This document shows, piece after piece, positions 1-8,427 of a DNA stretch of 20,000 bases. Made by a program: the position numbers and the translations under genes. Every line of letters starts with the position of its first letter. Position 1 is the first letter of the stretch. The notes under the pieces are model-generated. The model was not told where the DNA came from. It searched no databases and saw nothing but the letters and a program-made list of their open reading frames with translations. Source of the stretch: an uncultured virus (IMG/VR IMGVR_UViG_3300025660_000004) (Duplodnaviria > Heunggongvirae > Uroviricota > Caudoviricetes); IMG/VR virus record IMGVR_UViG_3300025660_000004, one strand, 5' to 3'.

Positions 1-2
1 TC

Positions 3-251
3 GGCCCCCAGGCCCAGGTCGCCGCAGCCGCCGGACGCGAGGCGTTCCAGCAGGCCGTCGAGGGGGAGATCGATGAGCTGCCCGAGAGCATCGAACTCGA
101 AGAGGTCGTGACACCGGCTCCGGCCCCCGACATCAGCGGCATGAACCGCGACGAGCTGCGTGCCGAGTGCAAGCGACGCGGCATGAAGGGCTATTCGTCC
201 TTGAACAAGGCCGGACTCGTCGCCAAGCTGAAGGCTGACGACGGGCTGTAG
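3..251 (+). CDS. 3' part of a gene entering from the left; C-terminal Rho_N/SAP-like helix-extension-helix nucleic-acid-binding domain
   Basis: Frame 3 is open from the window edge to TAG at 249-251 and reads ...DISGMNRDELRAECKRRGMKGYSSLNKAGLVAKLKADDGL*, matching the ELR..CK.RG.KGYS.L.K..LV pattern of Rho_N/HeH domains. Not in the ORF track. Confidence 0.75.
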   Translation, partial: GPQAQVAAAAGREAFQQAVEGEIDELPESIELEEVVTPAPAPDISGMNRDELRAECKRRGMKGYSSLNKAGLVAKLKADDGL

Positions 252-303
252 CCCTCGTCGGAGCGGCACCATGACCTTCGATCCCACCAAGTACTCCACA
301 CCC

Positions 304-322
304 GAGCGGGTAGCGCCCGCTC
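304..322 (+). other. GC-rich hairpin between genes (possible weak terminator or RNA stability element)
   Basis: GAGCGGG-TAGCG-CCCGCTC perfect 7-bp stem, followed only by TTCGT (no proper U-tract). Confidence 0.3.
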
Positions 323-337
323 TTCGTGGAGAACAGC

Positions 338-685
338 ATGGGACTCGAATCTCGTCATGGCCGCAGGCGTCGTCTCACCGAGACGATTGCCCGCCGCCGC
401 CGCTCTGACTTCATCCACAGGTGCCTCGACGGCGACTCGTCAGGCCACCTGTGGACGACCTCCCCCTACTACTGGGCCAAGAACAGCACCGACCCGTGCA
501 GGTGCGCGAAGCGTCGTCATGGCGTGCCGCGTCTGTGCAAGGGGATGTGCTGCATCGGTGAACGCAGCCGCATCTACCGGCTCCGGGCACAGGCCCTCGA
601 ACTCAAACGGCTGATCCGCCGTGGTGCGGATCTGGATGGGGACGACGTGGCCTTGCTGTCGCGTGCCCTTGTGAGACCGACATGA
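338..685 (+). CDS. Hypothetical basic, Cys-containing protein translationally coupled to the release factor gene
   Basis: ATG at 338 preceded by GGAG. Its TGA (683-685) overlaps the release-factor ATG (682-684) as ATGA. Confidence 0.6.
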   Translation: MGLESRHGRRRRLTETIARRRRSDFIHRCLDGDSSGHLWTTSPYYWAKNSTDPCRCAKRRHGVPRLCKGMCCIGERSRIYRLRAQALELKRLIRRGADLDGDDVALLSRALVRPT

Positions 686-1363
686 AGATCATCATCGAAA
701 TCCGTAGTGGCGAGGGCGGCAAGGACGCCAAGCTCCTCGTGCGCGATCAGGTCGCTCTCTATACGAAATTCGCTGCCCGGAGGTCACTTTGACCTCGACA
801 TCCTCACCGACCTCCCCGGTCAGGTCACCCTGGTGGCATCGGGCAAGGGCGTCGAACGGGCCTTCCACAACGAGGCAGGAGGCCACCGATACCAGCGGGT
901 CCCGCCGACTGAGAAGCGAGGCAGGGTTCACACCAGCACCGTCACTGTCGCGGTCCTCGCTGTCCCCGAACAGCGGGAGCTGCGCATCGACCAGAAGGAC
1001 CTGGAGTGGAAGACCTGCCGGGGCTCTGGAGCTGGAGGTCAGCACCGGAACACCACCGACTCTGCCGTGCAGCTCACCCACCTCCCCACCGGGGTCAGTG
1101 TCCGCTGCGAGAGCGAGAGGAGCCAGCACCAGAACAAGGCGTTGGCCCTCGACGTGCTGCGGGCTCGAATCGGCCAGGCTCAGGCGGCAGAGGTACGGAC
1201 CGGAAGAAACGCGGCTCGGCGGCAGCAGGTCGGGAGCGGGATGCGGGCCGACAAGGTGCGGACCATCGCCATCCAGCGGGACCAGGTACATGACCACCGG
1301 ACCGGACGGAGGATGTCGGCCAAGGCGTACCTGCGAGGCTCAGTCGATGGGCTGTGGGCCTAG
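682..1363 (+). CDS. Class I peptide chain release factor homolog (RF1-like, lacking domain 1), decoded via a +1 programmed frameshift at 787-793; ~226 aa
   Basis: Frame A (682-789) reads [36 protein letters not shown], matching the RF EIRxGxGG..A motif, then TGA. The +1 frame continues DLDIL...[22 protein letters not shown] (PxT motif) ...[16 protein letters not shown] (GGQ) ...ERSQHQNK...RT...DHRTG to TAG at 1361-1363. Confidence 0.9.
779..793 (+). promoter_or_regulatory. prfB-type +1 ribosomal frameshift cassette
   Basis: GGAGG (779-783), 3-nt spacer TCA, then CTT TGA C (787-793). Same architecture as the E. coli prfB site AGGGGG-TAT-CTT-TGA-C, and it joins two frames that each carry RF motifs. 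Confidence 0.88.
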
Positions 1364-4300
1364 CCGTCGCCGTCGCGGATGGAGGCGTGGACGTGGACGG
1401 TGGCCCGGCGGTTGCCCTGGGTGATGCTGACCCCCTCGACATCCCTCCACCTCATCTTGTTCGGGACGAGCCAGCCCAGGCCTTCGGCCGGGTAGTCCAT
1501 CATCCAGTCGGTGTTGCCGTCGTCGTAGTCGTCATCATCGTCGCCGTAGTCGTCATCGTCGTCCCATGATGCGTAGCGAGACGGGGCACCGGCTGGTCTC
1601 GGGGTCTTTGAGGGGGCCTTCGCCTGGACCTGATCCCAGTTGTTCTTGAGCCACTTCTCGATGAGCTTGTCCGGCACCTTCTTCGCCGTCCGCAGCATCA
1701 GCGTGATGGTCAGGCTGGTGTCGTGCCACTCGTCGATGTCCTCGAAGTCGGCGGTGACCGTGAGCACACGGTTCACCACCGCCTCCGGGGTCAACTTGCC
1801 CATGAAGAAAGCTGCCTCGCCGGGGTCGATGGTCTTCAGGCCCTTGCGGATGAACGCCTGCACCTTCGCCTTGTTCGACATGAACTTCAGGACGGCAGCC
1901 ATGCTGCGGAACTTCTGCTCGACCATGAACGAGGTGGCCATGTACTGCTTGCGCGGCACGTCCCACCCGGCCTGGAACGGGATCTCCTTGCTCGTGAAGA
2001 TTCCCATGTAGTGCCCCTGGTCAGGGAGCTGGTAGCGCAGCCAGGTCTGCGTCGGAGCCGGGGTGTGGGAGTAGGCGAAGTAGCCCGGCCAGGTCTTCGC
2101 GCTGGTGTCGTCCAGGTCGAGGCCAGGGAGCTGTGCCCGGACGGCTCCCGCAGCGACTCCCCCGGCCTCCGCGACCGACTTCGCCGACCAGGCGACGGCT
2201 GCTGCCTCCCGCTCCTTCAGGTACTTGCTCCGGGCCTCCGTGGGGAAGTCCATCGCCAGGAGCACCTGGTCGGCCAGCTTCTCGATTCGGTTGTCCATGT
2301 TGCTCCCTGCTCGCTTGGTCACTTTGCCGTCTGACTTGATCTCGCGGATGCCCTTGGCAGCCTCCAGTGCAGCACCAGCCGAGGGGTGGCCCTCCAGAGC
2401 CCAGACGCCCTTGCCGCTGACCGGATACCACTTCTTGTCCCCGTGGACGTTCTGCCGAACGGTGTGGGGAGCGAACTTGCTGGTGGGCTTCCCCGGCACC
2501 TGCTGAACGGAGCCTGCCGCCAGGAGGATGCTGCGAGCCGTGAACGCCCGCTCACGGCGTCGGGCCGCCTGCTTGGGACTCGCGGTTGCCGAGGCCACCC
2601 GGACGCCACCATGACGCTGCTGGAGCAGGTAGAGGGTCGTCTCGTGGTTGTTCGCCAGTGTCCGCAGGAAGTCGTCCAGCCCGAGCGAGAGCTGACCGAG
2701 CCCTTCGAGTTCCGCCACGATGTCCTTCAGCACCACCTGGAACACCCGCTCGCCGTGGAGCCCACGCTCGAAGGGGCAGGAGATGGCGGCCAGAGCCGTC
2801 ACCATCTTGTGCATCGCGGCTGCCTGGTTCTCGGGGTCCACCGCCGAGGGGCCGAACGTGCCGACGAGCTTCTCAGCCAGGTCGTCAACCTCGCCCACGG
2901 TGGCTCCGTAGATGCGGTCGAAGAGCTGGTGGTCGCCGTAGCTGGAGTCGCCGCTGATCTGCCAGTGACTCGCCAGGTGGTTCCACTGGAGAGCACGGAG
3001 GAGGGCCAGCACCGTGCTCATCTGCCCCTTGGCCGCGTTGACGGCTCCGGGCCGGGGCTCCGTGAAGCCCCGCTTCCACATGGCAGTCCGGGGCAGGCCC
3101 TTCTTGAACATGCCCGGGCTGTACGAGCGGACCATCCCGTACTTGAGATCCTCGTACCAGGTGGATGAGTCGTACTGCGAGCTGCCCGGCCCCGTACCCT
3201 TCTTGGGGCTGGTCCTGCGGGGTCGAAGCGGCTTGGCGATGAACGGAGCACCCTCCCCGAAGGTGGGTCGCCCCACGTAGACCAGGACCGCGTTCCAGAC
3301 CCCGTCCCGCTGCTTCTCGTAGACGTAGTAGCGCCAGTCCTGACCGGAGACGCCCCGGTTCGGGGCCAGCATCACCTTCGCACCGGGCGGGGCCTTGTCG
3401 ATGAACTTGTAGTCCAGGGTCTTCGACGTACTCAGATCGAGCACACCTTCAGCAGAGGCCGCCTTGACCCGCTTGCCCTTGTTCCGGGTGTCGTTGACCC
3501 ACCGCCAGAAGGCCCCGATGGGCATCGCTGTGTACTCGTCCTTGAGGAAGAATCCGGGCCGGTCGTACTGCTTCTTGTAGAGGCCGATGGCCTCCTCGAC
3601 CGACTCGCAGCCGATGACGACCTTGTCCTCGTCGTAGGCTCCGTCCCAGGGGTTGTGCTGGTGGATGACGACGACGATGGAGCTGTCGTGGTTGTCGCCG
3701 ACGTACACGTCCAGCATGTCGCCGTCCGTGCCTTCGGTCCCACGGATCTCGCCGTAGTGGGCGTGCATGAACGTGGACCAGTCACCCTCCGGCCCGGTGC
3801 CGGAGCGGGTGCCGCCCTTGACGTTCTCCACGTCGATCTTGATGCCCTGGAAGTCGATGTAGCCCTCGAACGGGTACTGCTTGCGGACCTTCTTGGGCGG
3901 CTCCAGATTGACCGCGTGGAAGGTGTTCGGCACCTCGACGACCTTGGCGTTGGTCCTGGCGGTCTTCGAGCCCTTGGGGGATGGCACCTTTATGGCCTTG
4001 CCGTCCGATGTGCCCACCCACAGGGGGACCTGGTGGAGAGCTGGGAAGTGAGACGGCAGGTTCCTGCGACCGACCAGACCTCGGAAAGCCCGGAGCCCTA
4101 GCTTGACCGCCTGCGAGTCGGACAATCCGGTGTAGATGAACCAGCCCTTGTGCGGGCGGACGTAGCGGAACATGCCGCCCACCAAAGTCACCACCTTGGC
4201 GTCCCGCATGAGCTTGCGCTCCATCGCCATGATCTCGGATGACGAATGGATCTGCCGCTCGAAGTCGGCGACGGCCAGATCCTCTGGCGTCGCTGCGGGT

Positions 4301-4869
4301 GGGTCCTTGTCGAAGGTGTCCCAGTCGCCGAAGTCAAACCCTCCGGCGGCCCTCGTCATCTTGAAGTTGCCCGCCTTGACCTCGCTCCAGGCGTCCATCG
4401 CTTCCCGCTTCTTGCGGTAGCCAGAGGGTCGCCCGCCGACCTCCAGGTAGCGGCCGGTGTAGTCCGTGATGACCCACATCTTCGTCATCTGCCCCTGGAC
4501 ACCACCCGTTCGCCAGAGGACGTGCTTGTCGGTCTTGTCCACCAGCTTCTCAGCACGCTGTCCGCCGTGCGGGGGCTTCGGAGCTGCGGCGAGCTTCGCC
4601 TTGCCGTCGTGCTCGACCATGTCCTCGGCGAGCAAGAATCGGATGGCCAGCTCCTCGGCGGGGTCGGTCTTGGAGCCCCGCTTCTTGCCCTTCTCGTAGA
4701 CGGCCCAGTCCTCTGCCGTGGGGAACTTGCGGAGCTGCGGGCTGACCAGCTTGACGGCACGCTCATCGGCGTCGTCGGCGTCGTTGGCCCGGAAGTCCTT
4801 CGTCCACAAGGGCTTGGTGTCCCTGGGGTCATTGCTGAAGAGGAAGACGGTGTAGGTCTTCGTGGGCAT
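1360..4869 (-). CDS. Large multidomain (polyvalent-type) phage protein with inorganic-pyrophosphatase-like (InPase) and Dps/ferritin-like domains; ~1169 aa
   Basis: Start reassigned to ATG 4869 (GAGGA upstream). InPase-like block [13 protein letters not shown]...[21 protein letters not shown]...YDEDKVVIG (~3495-3870). Dps/ferritin-like block [24 protein letters not shown]...VDDLAEK (~2615-3020). Acidic tract near the C-terminus. Confidence 0.85.
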   Translation of the reverse strand: MPTKTYTVFLFSNDPRDTKPLWTKDFRANDADDADERAVKLVSPQLRKFPTAEDWAVYEKGKKRGSKTDPAEELAIRFLLAEDMVEHDGKAKLAAAPKPPHGGQRAEKLVDKTDKHVLWRTGGVQGQMTKMWVITDYTGRYLEVGGRPSGYRKKREAMDAWSEVKAGNFKMTRAAGGFDFGDWDTFDKDPPAATPEDLAVADFERQIHSSSEIMAMERKLMRDAKVVTLVGGMFRYVRPHKGWFIYTGLSDSQAVKLGLRAFRGLVGRRNLPSHFPALHQVPLWVGTSDGKAIKVPSPKGSKTARTNAKVVEVPNTFHAVNLEPPKKVRKQYPFEGYIDFQGIKIDVENVKGGTRSGTGPEGDWSTFMHAHYGEIRGTEGTDGDMLDVYVGDNHDSSIVVVIHQHNPWDGAYDEDKVVIGCESVEEAIGLYKKQYDRPGFFLKDEYTAMPIGAFWRWVNDTRNKGKRVKAASAEGVLDLSTSKTLDYKFIDKAPPGAKVMLAPNRGVSGQDWRYYVYEKQRDGVWNAVLVYVGRPTFGEGAPFIAKPLRPRRTSPKKGTGPGSSQYDSSTWYEDLKYGMVRSYSPGMFKKGLPRTAMWKRGFTEPRPGAVNAAKGQMSTVLALLRALQWNHLASHWQISGDSSYGDHQLFDRIYGATVGEVDDLAEKLVGTFGPSAVDPENQAAAMHKMVTALAAISCPFERGLHGERVFQVVLKDIVAELEGLGQLSLGLDDFLRTLANNHETTLYLLQQRHGGVRVASATASPKQAARRRERAFTARSILLAAGSVQQVPGKPTSKFAPHTVRQNVHGDKKWYPVSGKGVWALEGHPSAGAALEAAKGIREIKSDGKVTKRAGSNMDNRIEKLADQVLLAMDFPTEARSKYLKEREAAAVAWSAKSVAEAGGVAAGAVRAQLPGLDLDDTSAKTWPGYFAYSHTPAPTQTWLRYQLPDQGHYMGIFTSKEIPFQAGWDVPRKQYMATSFMVEQKFRSMAAVLKFMSNKAKVQAFIRKGLKTIDPGEAAFFMGKLTPEAVVNRVLTVTADFEDIDEWHDTSLTITLMLRTAKKVPDKLIEKWLKNNWDQVQAKAPSKTPRPAGAPSRYASWDDDDDYGDDDDDYDDGNTDWMMDYPAEGLGWLVPNKMRWRDVEGVSITQGNRRATVHVHASIRDGDG

Positions 4870-4879
4870 CAGGGGTTCC

Positions 4880-5326
4880 TCATTCCTGCCAGAAGTAGGC
4901 TTCAATCAGCGGGTACCCGATAACTTCGACGCCAGGGGTGCCACCACCGATAGCCGTCACGCGCTGGAGACTGAACACTAGAAGATCGCCAGGAAGCACG
5001 TCGGGTAGCGCGATCTCGTGAACCACCAGAGCCTCTACGTCGTCGGTAGTACCACTTCCGGTGTACGCCTGCCCGTCTGTCGCCTCGGTCAGAGCCCCGC
5101 CAGCGCCGGGGATGTTGTCGCCTGCCTTGAAGCTCATGGGGACGAGACCGCCGTAGGTCAGGGTCACCTGCGGGTTCGGAACCGCTGTCGTAGGGGCTGG
5201 GATGTAGATGAACTCAGGGGCCAAACCACGACGGCCACCCGAGGACTCCCCCCGGATGTCGTCCATCATCAAGTTCGATGCGCTGAGGCCCGTGTGGGTC
5301 AGACGAATCTGGATTCCCTCGGCCAC
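4880..5326 (-). CDS. Hypothetical protein, possibly virion-associated
   Basis: GTG start with strong GGAGGT RBS; Gly/Thr/Val-rich; lies directly upstream of the large gene. Confidence 0.75.
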   Translation of the reverse strand: MAEGIQIRLTHTGLSASNLMMDDIRGESSGGRRGLAPEFIYIPAPTTAVPNPQVTLTYGGLVPMSFKAGDNIPGAGGALTEATDGQAYTGSGTTDDVEALVVHEIALPDVLPGDLLVFSLQRVTAIGGGTPGVEVIGYPLIEAYFWQE

Positions 5327-5358
5327 GGTGTACCTCCTGCCATGCAGGCTCTACTTCG

Positions 5359-5371
5359 CGGCCGGGATAGG
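5359..5371 (-). promoter_or_regulatory. Candidate second-class (late?) promoter element CCTATCCCGGCCG
   Basis: Intergenic; 12/13 identical to CCTATCCCAGCCG at 19802-19814; both lie upstream of minus-strand starts and are followed by GTAG. Confidence 0.4.
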
Positions 5372-5375
5372 GAGA

Positions 5376-5714
5376 CTACCGCCCCCAGCCAGGTGGCCGA
5401 CCACGCCTCCCGTCGTAGATCATCCGCTGCGTGCTGGTCGGCTTGTTCCGCCGGATGATGCCTTCCATCCGCATGATGCGCTGGTTAGCGGCCTGGTAGT
5501 CCCGGAGGGTGAACTCGATGGTCTCCTTGCGCTGGAGGGCCTTCGACGCCTCCCGGAGCATCACAGGATCGGGAAGCTGCCTGCGAGTATCGCCCCGTGG
5601 GTTCGGGAGCTGCTTCGTGAACTCCATGCCGTCGCCGGGCATCCAGCCGTGAGTGCTGGTGCGCTGGAGCACCTCGATGCGGGTGGCGAGTCTGTCGAGG
5701 TCGAGGGCGTGCAT
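5376..5714 (-). CDS. Hypothetical protein (112 aa)
   Basis: ATG 5714 with GGAG RBS, downstream of the promoter motif at 5737-5764. The longer start at 5768 would overlap the upstream gene and the motif. Confidence 0.7.
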   Translation of the reverse strand: MHALDLDRLATRIEVLQRTSTHGWMPGDGMEFTKQLPNPRGDTRRQLPDPVMLREASKALQRKETIEFTLRDYQAANQRIMRMEGIIRRNKPTSTQRMIYDGRRGRPPGWGR

Positions 5715-5736
5715 GGGGTCTCCGTCGTTCACCCCT

Positions 5737-5764
5737 ACTACGGAGAAGTCGGAGGTACTGAGCC
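5737..5764 (-). promoter_or_regulatory. Phage promoter motif GGCTCAG-N16-GTAGT, copy 1
   Basis: GGCTCAG tacctccgacttctcc GTAGTAG; upstream of ATG 5714. Confidence 0.75.
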
Positions 5765-6079
5765 CCATGTGCCGCGCTTCACCTTGCGGATGAGGCCCCG
5801 CCCGTGCAGCCCGTTGAGGGCGCTCCAGGCGCGGTTGCGGTGCTTCGGGTCATCGAACAGGGCCTCCGTGATCTCCGCAGTCGTCACCGTCTGCTCGGGA
5901 GGGAGCTGCTCGATGAGGGCGAGCACCTGGACCTGCACGGCCCCCAGCTTCTTGTCCTTCGATATGAAGCGGGGGTCGGGGCCTTCCGGCTCATCCAGGA
6001 GACCCCGGAGATCAGCGATGGCCTGGCGAACGTCCGCCTGGAAGGAGGGGCCGGACTGGATCTCGATGAGGACCCGCAT
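5738..6079 (-). CDS. Putative winged-helix DNA-binding protein
   Basis: QVLALI...VTTAEITEAL...RAWSALNGLHGRGLIRKVKRGTW fits a wHTH pattern; TGATG overlap with the upstream gene. Confidence 0.7.
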   Translation of the reverse strand: MRVLIEIQSGPSFQADVRQAIADLRGLLDEPEGPDPRFISKDKKLGAVQVQVLALIEQLPPEQTVTTAEITEALFDDPKHRNRAWSALNGLHGRGLIRKVKRGTWGSVPPTSP

Positions 6080-7086
6080 CAGTCGTCGAACAGGAAATCG
6101 AGCGGCCCGGGCTCGTCGTCTCCGTCGTCGCCATCGTCCGGCGGGGTGACCGTCTTGGCCCTGGCTGCTCGCTTCGCTGCCCTCCGTGCTTCGAGGTCTT
6201 CGTCCCGCTCGCTCACGCGGGGGTACTCAGCCCGGAGCTGGTGGTCGATGTCGATGAGGTAGTCGCGGCCGTAGTCGCCGTTCTCCAGCCCGTCGATGAG
6301 CACCTGCGGGAGTCCGTTGCCCGTCTCCTGACAGACCGCTGCCGTGGGCATACAGATGGCAGCCACGGTGTCCACGTCGCCCGTCCAGGCGATGCACTGC
6401 TTGAGCACGTCGGCCATGTTGTTGTGGAGCATGAAGGCCGTCAGAGCCGCCCTGACGCACTCCAGACCGGGAGCGTTCACCTTGCCCTTCCAGGCCACGT
6501 CGAGATACACGCCCGGCAACCACTTGGTCAGGAACGCCGGGAGGTCTGCCTTCGGCCCGAGTCGGTGGTAGCGGTGATGGAACATCAGGGCAGCAGCCGC
6601 AGCCGCGTACATCCCGTCGTGGGTCGCGTGCGTCAGGCTGGCCTGGAACATGGCGAGGTCACGGACCTGCTCGATGTCCGGGAGGAGCCCCACGGGGAAG
6701 GCCCGCATCGCCCCGCCGGACTTGTTGGAGCCCGGTCGGATGTTGTCGAGGAACTCGTGGGCGCTCGTGGTCTCGCACAGGAACTTGTAGAAGCCCCCGG
6801 CGTAGCCCGCCCGCTTGTCCCGGTGGAAGCCCTCGACCCAGGCATCAGCCAGGAGGGATGGGTTCCAGTCGCTACCCGCGATCATGTGCTCCGCGATGGC
6901 GAGGGCCATCTGCGTGTCGTCGGTGTAGTTGCCGGGCTTCATCTCCGTCCACTTCTGGTGCTGGATGTAGCCCGACAGGTCGTTGTGCGCCTTCACCACT
7001 TTCCCACGGGCGTACTCGAAGCCTGCCCCGTAGGCATCTCCAAGAGCACAGGCGAGCATCGGCCCAATGGCGGTGTGATCGTTCAT
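6079..7086 (-). CDS. ADP-ribosylglycohydrolase (DraG/ARH family)
   Basis: Motifs LGDAYG, YTDDTQMA, GGAMR, TH, GDVDTVAAI; extra acidic C-terminal tail ending PLDFLFDD. Confidence 0.92.
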   Translation of the reverse strand: MNDHTAIGPMLACALGDAYGAGFEYARGKVVKAHNDLSGYIQHQKWTEMKPGNYTDDTQMALAIAEHMIAGSDWNPSLLADAWVEGFHRDKRAGYAGGFYKFLCETTSAHEFLDNIRPGSNKSGGAMRAFPVGLLPDIEQVRDLAMFQASLTHATHDGMYAAAAAALMFHHRYHRLGPKADLPAFLTKWLPGVYLDVAWKGKVNAPGLECVRAALTAFMLHNNMADVLKQCIAWTGDVDTVAAICMPTAAVCQETGNGLPQVLIDGLENGDYGRDYLIDIDHQLRAEYPRVSERDEDLEARRAAKRAARAKTVTPPDDGDDGDDEPGPLDFLFDD

Positions 7087-7724
7087 CTTGCTCCTACTAC
7101 GGACGGGGTGCGCTCACTGAGCCTGCGAAGTAGCAGGCTCTCGCGGGCGACCAGGGCGGGGACACACTTGTGCCTGACGCTGATGCTGCCCAGGGCGTTC
7201 TGGATGTGTTCGAGGTCCATCCACGCAACGGGGCGAGCTGCCCTCGTGCCGACTGCCCACACCGTCACTGGGTCGGTCAGGTCCGGCAGGTCACCGATCC
7301 GAACGAAGGGGGCGAGCTGCTCGAAGTTGCAGGCGGAACGGTCCTTGCCGAGCTTGTGCAGCTTCCCCGGCTCCGTGCAGATCCAGTGGGCTCCGTAGTG
7401 GTCCATGTAGTTGCCCCGCCGGACCTGATCGACTCGCTGGTACGCCTCTGCGTCCGGGGGAGTCCACCTGCGGAGGTGCTGGTACAGAGCCTCCACCTCG
7501 GGGTTCAACGCCCGACAGGCACCGCAGAGCCGGTATGCGTGCGCTTTGCCGAAGACCAGCGGGTCTTCGAGCGTCCACGGCTCGGGGTCCTTCGGGTAGC
7601 TGCCGTGGAGCGCGAAGCCATCCATGATGGCGTGGACCTTCGTGAACGACTTGGTGCTCCAGATGTAGGAGAGCCCCATCGGAGGCTCTGGGTCCCAGAA
7701 GTCTTCGGGTAGCTCCAGGCTCAC
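7083..7724 (-). CDS. Hypothetical protein (~213 aa)
   Basis: GTG 7724 overlaps the HD gene stop (GTGA); its TGA overlaps ATG 7086 (ATGA); contains CxxC. Confidence 0.65.
   Translation of the reverse strand: MSLELPEDFWDPEPPMGLSYIWSTKSFTKVHAIMDGFALHGSYPKDPEPWTLEDPLVFGKAHAYRLCGACRALNPEVEALYQHLRRWTPPDAEAYQRVDQVRRGNYMDHYGAHWICTEPGKLHKLGKDRSACNFEQLAPFVRIGDLPDLTDPVTVWAVGTRAARPVAWMDLEHIQNALGSISVRHKCVPALVARESLLLRRLSERTPSVVGAR
7096..7123 (-). promoter_or_regulatory. Phage promoter motif GGCTCAG-N16-GTAGT, copy 2
   Basis: GGCTCAG tgagcgcaccccgtcc GTAGTAG, about 10 nt upstream of the ADP-ribosylglycohydrolase ATG. Confidence 0.75.
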
Positions 7725-8371
7725 GGGATCTCGACAGCGGGGGCAGCAGCGGCCTTGTGGACGAACTCGATGAGCCTGCACTGGTTTCGCAGGGTGATCT
7801 TCAGGTTCTCGTAGGCCGGGTACTGCCTAGGGAAGTTGCGGCGGGCCGCCTTGAGCATCGGGTAGAACCAGCGGTCCACCTCGTTCAGATAGGCCCGCTG
7901 CTTCGGGAAGGTGAACACCCCCTGCATCGTCTGGAGGTTGTGGGCTCGGTCAGCCAGCTTCACGAGGCTGGCGATGGGGCACCCCTCCATCCCGGTGAAG
8001 TAGGCGTCGTAGTTGCGGGTCATCTCCGGCGACTTCTTGCTCAAGAGCCATACGGCATCAGCGACGACGGAGCCAAAGCGGTCCGCCAGGAGTTCCTGGG
8101 TCCACACGTCGCCGTGGTCCTCGATGATGTCGTGCAGGAACGCTGCCGCGATGGTCTCCTGCGGGTGGATGAAGTGGGGCTCCAACGTCGTCAGGAGCCG
8201 GGCCACGGAGAGCTGGTGGTGGAACTTCGGGGTCTCCCCGTCCTTGCGGGTGCCCGTCTCCAGACGGAACACGACCTCCATCGCGTCGGCCGCCACGAAG
8301 TAGCGACGCCCTTCGAGCCAGCCGCGCATCACGGCTCGCTGTTTGATGTGTCGCTGTTCGATCTCGCTCAT
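7721..8371 (-). CDS. HD-domain hydrolase of the RelA/SpoT hydrolase (small alarmone hydrolase / Mesh1-like) family
   Basis: RKDGETP..HH..SVA, AAAFLHDIIEDH, VADAV..LSK, LVKLADRAHNL; no synthetase domain. Confidence 0.85.
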   Translation of the reverse strand: MSEIEQRHIKQRAVMRGWLEGRRYFVAADAMEVVFRLETGTRKDGETPKFHHQLSVARLLTTLEPHFIHPQETIAAAFLHDIIEDHGDVWTQELLADRFGSVVADAVWLLSKKSPEMTRNYDAYFTGMEGCPIASLVKLADRAHNLQTMQGVFTFPKQRAYLNEVDRWFYPMLKAARRNFPRQYPAYENLKITLRNQCRLIEFVHKAAAAPAVEIP

Positions 8372-8399
8372 CTCATCACCCTATGGAGGTCCTGCCTCC

Positions 8400-8427
8400 A
8401 CTACTAGGAAGCCGGAGGCACTGAGCC
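8400..8427 (-). promoter_or_regulatory. Phage promoter motif GGCTCAG-N16-GTAGT, copy 3
   Basis: GGCTCAG tgcctccggcttccta GTAGTGG; upstream of ATG 8371. Confidence 0.72.

Noticed and set aside
707..790. ORF-track N-terminus [10 protein letters not shown]... of the release factor
   Set aside because: No RF similarity; the RF motif EIRxGxGG is in the frame starting at ATG 682 and is joined by the frameshift cassette.
682..1363. Calling the gene prfH or prfB
   Set aside because: It has PxT (VPPTE) and an RF1-like C-terminus, not SPF, and no rtcB is adjacent in the window; symbol left blank.
1337..1365. GGCTCAG-N16-CTAGC near-match to the promoter motif
   Set aside because: The -10 half mismatches and it points into the antisense of the large gene with no downstream start.
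1500..1570. GTC/ATC trinucleotide-like repeat
   Set aside because: Simply encodes the Asp-rich tract of the large protein.
6241..7398. Long antisense ORFs (6241-7398, 8849-9817, 9832-10650, 13104-14198, 13583-14764, 15641-16543 and similar)
   Set aside because: Shadow frames of well-supported genes in high-GC DNA; no motifs or RBS.
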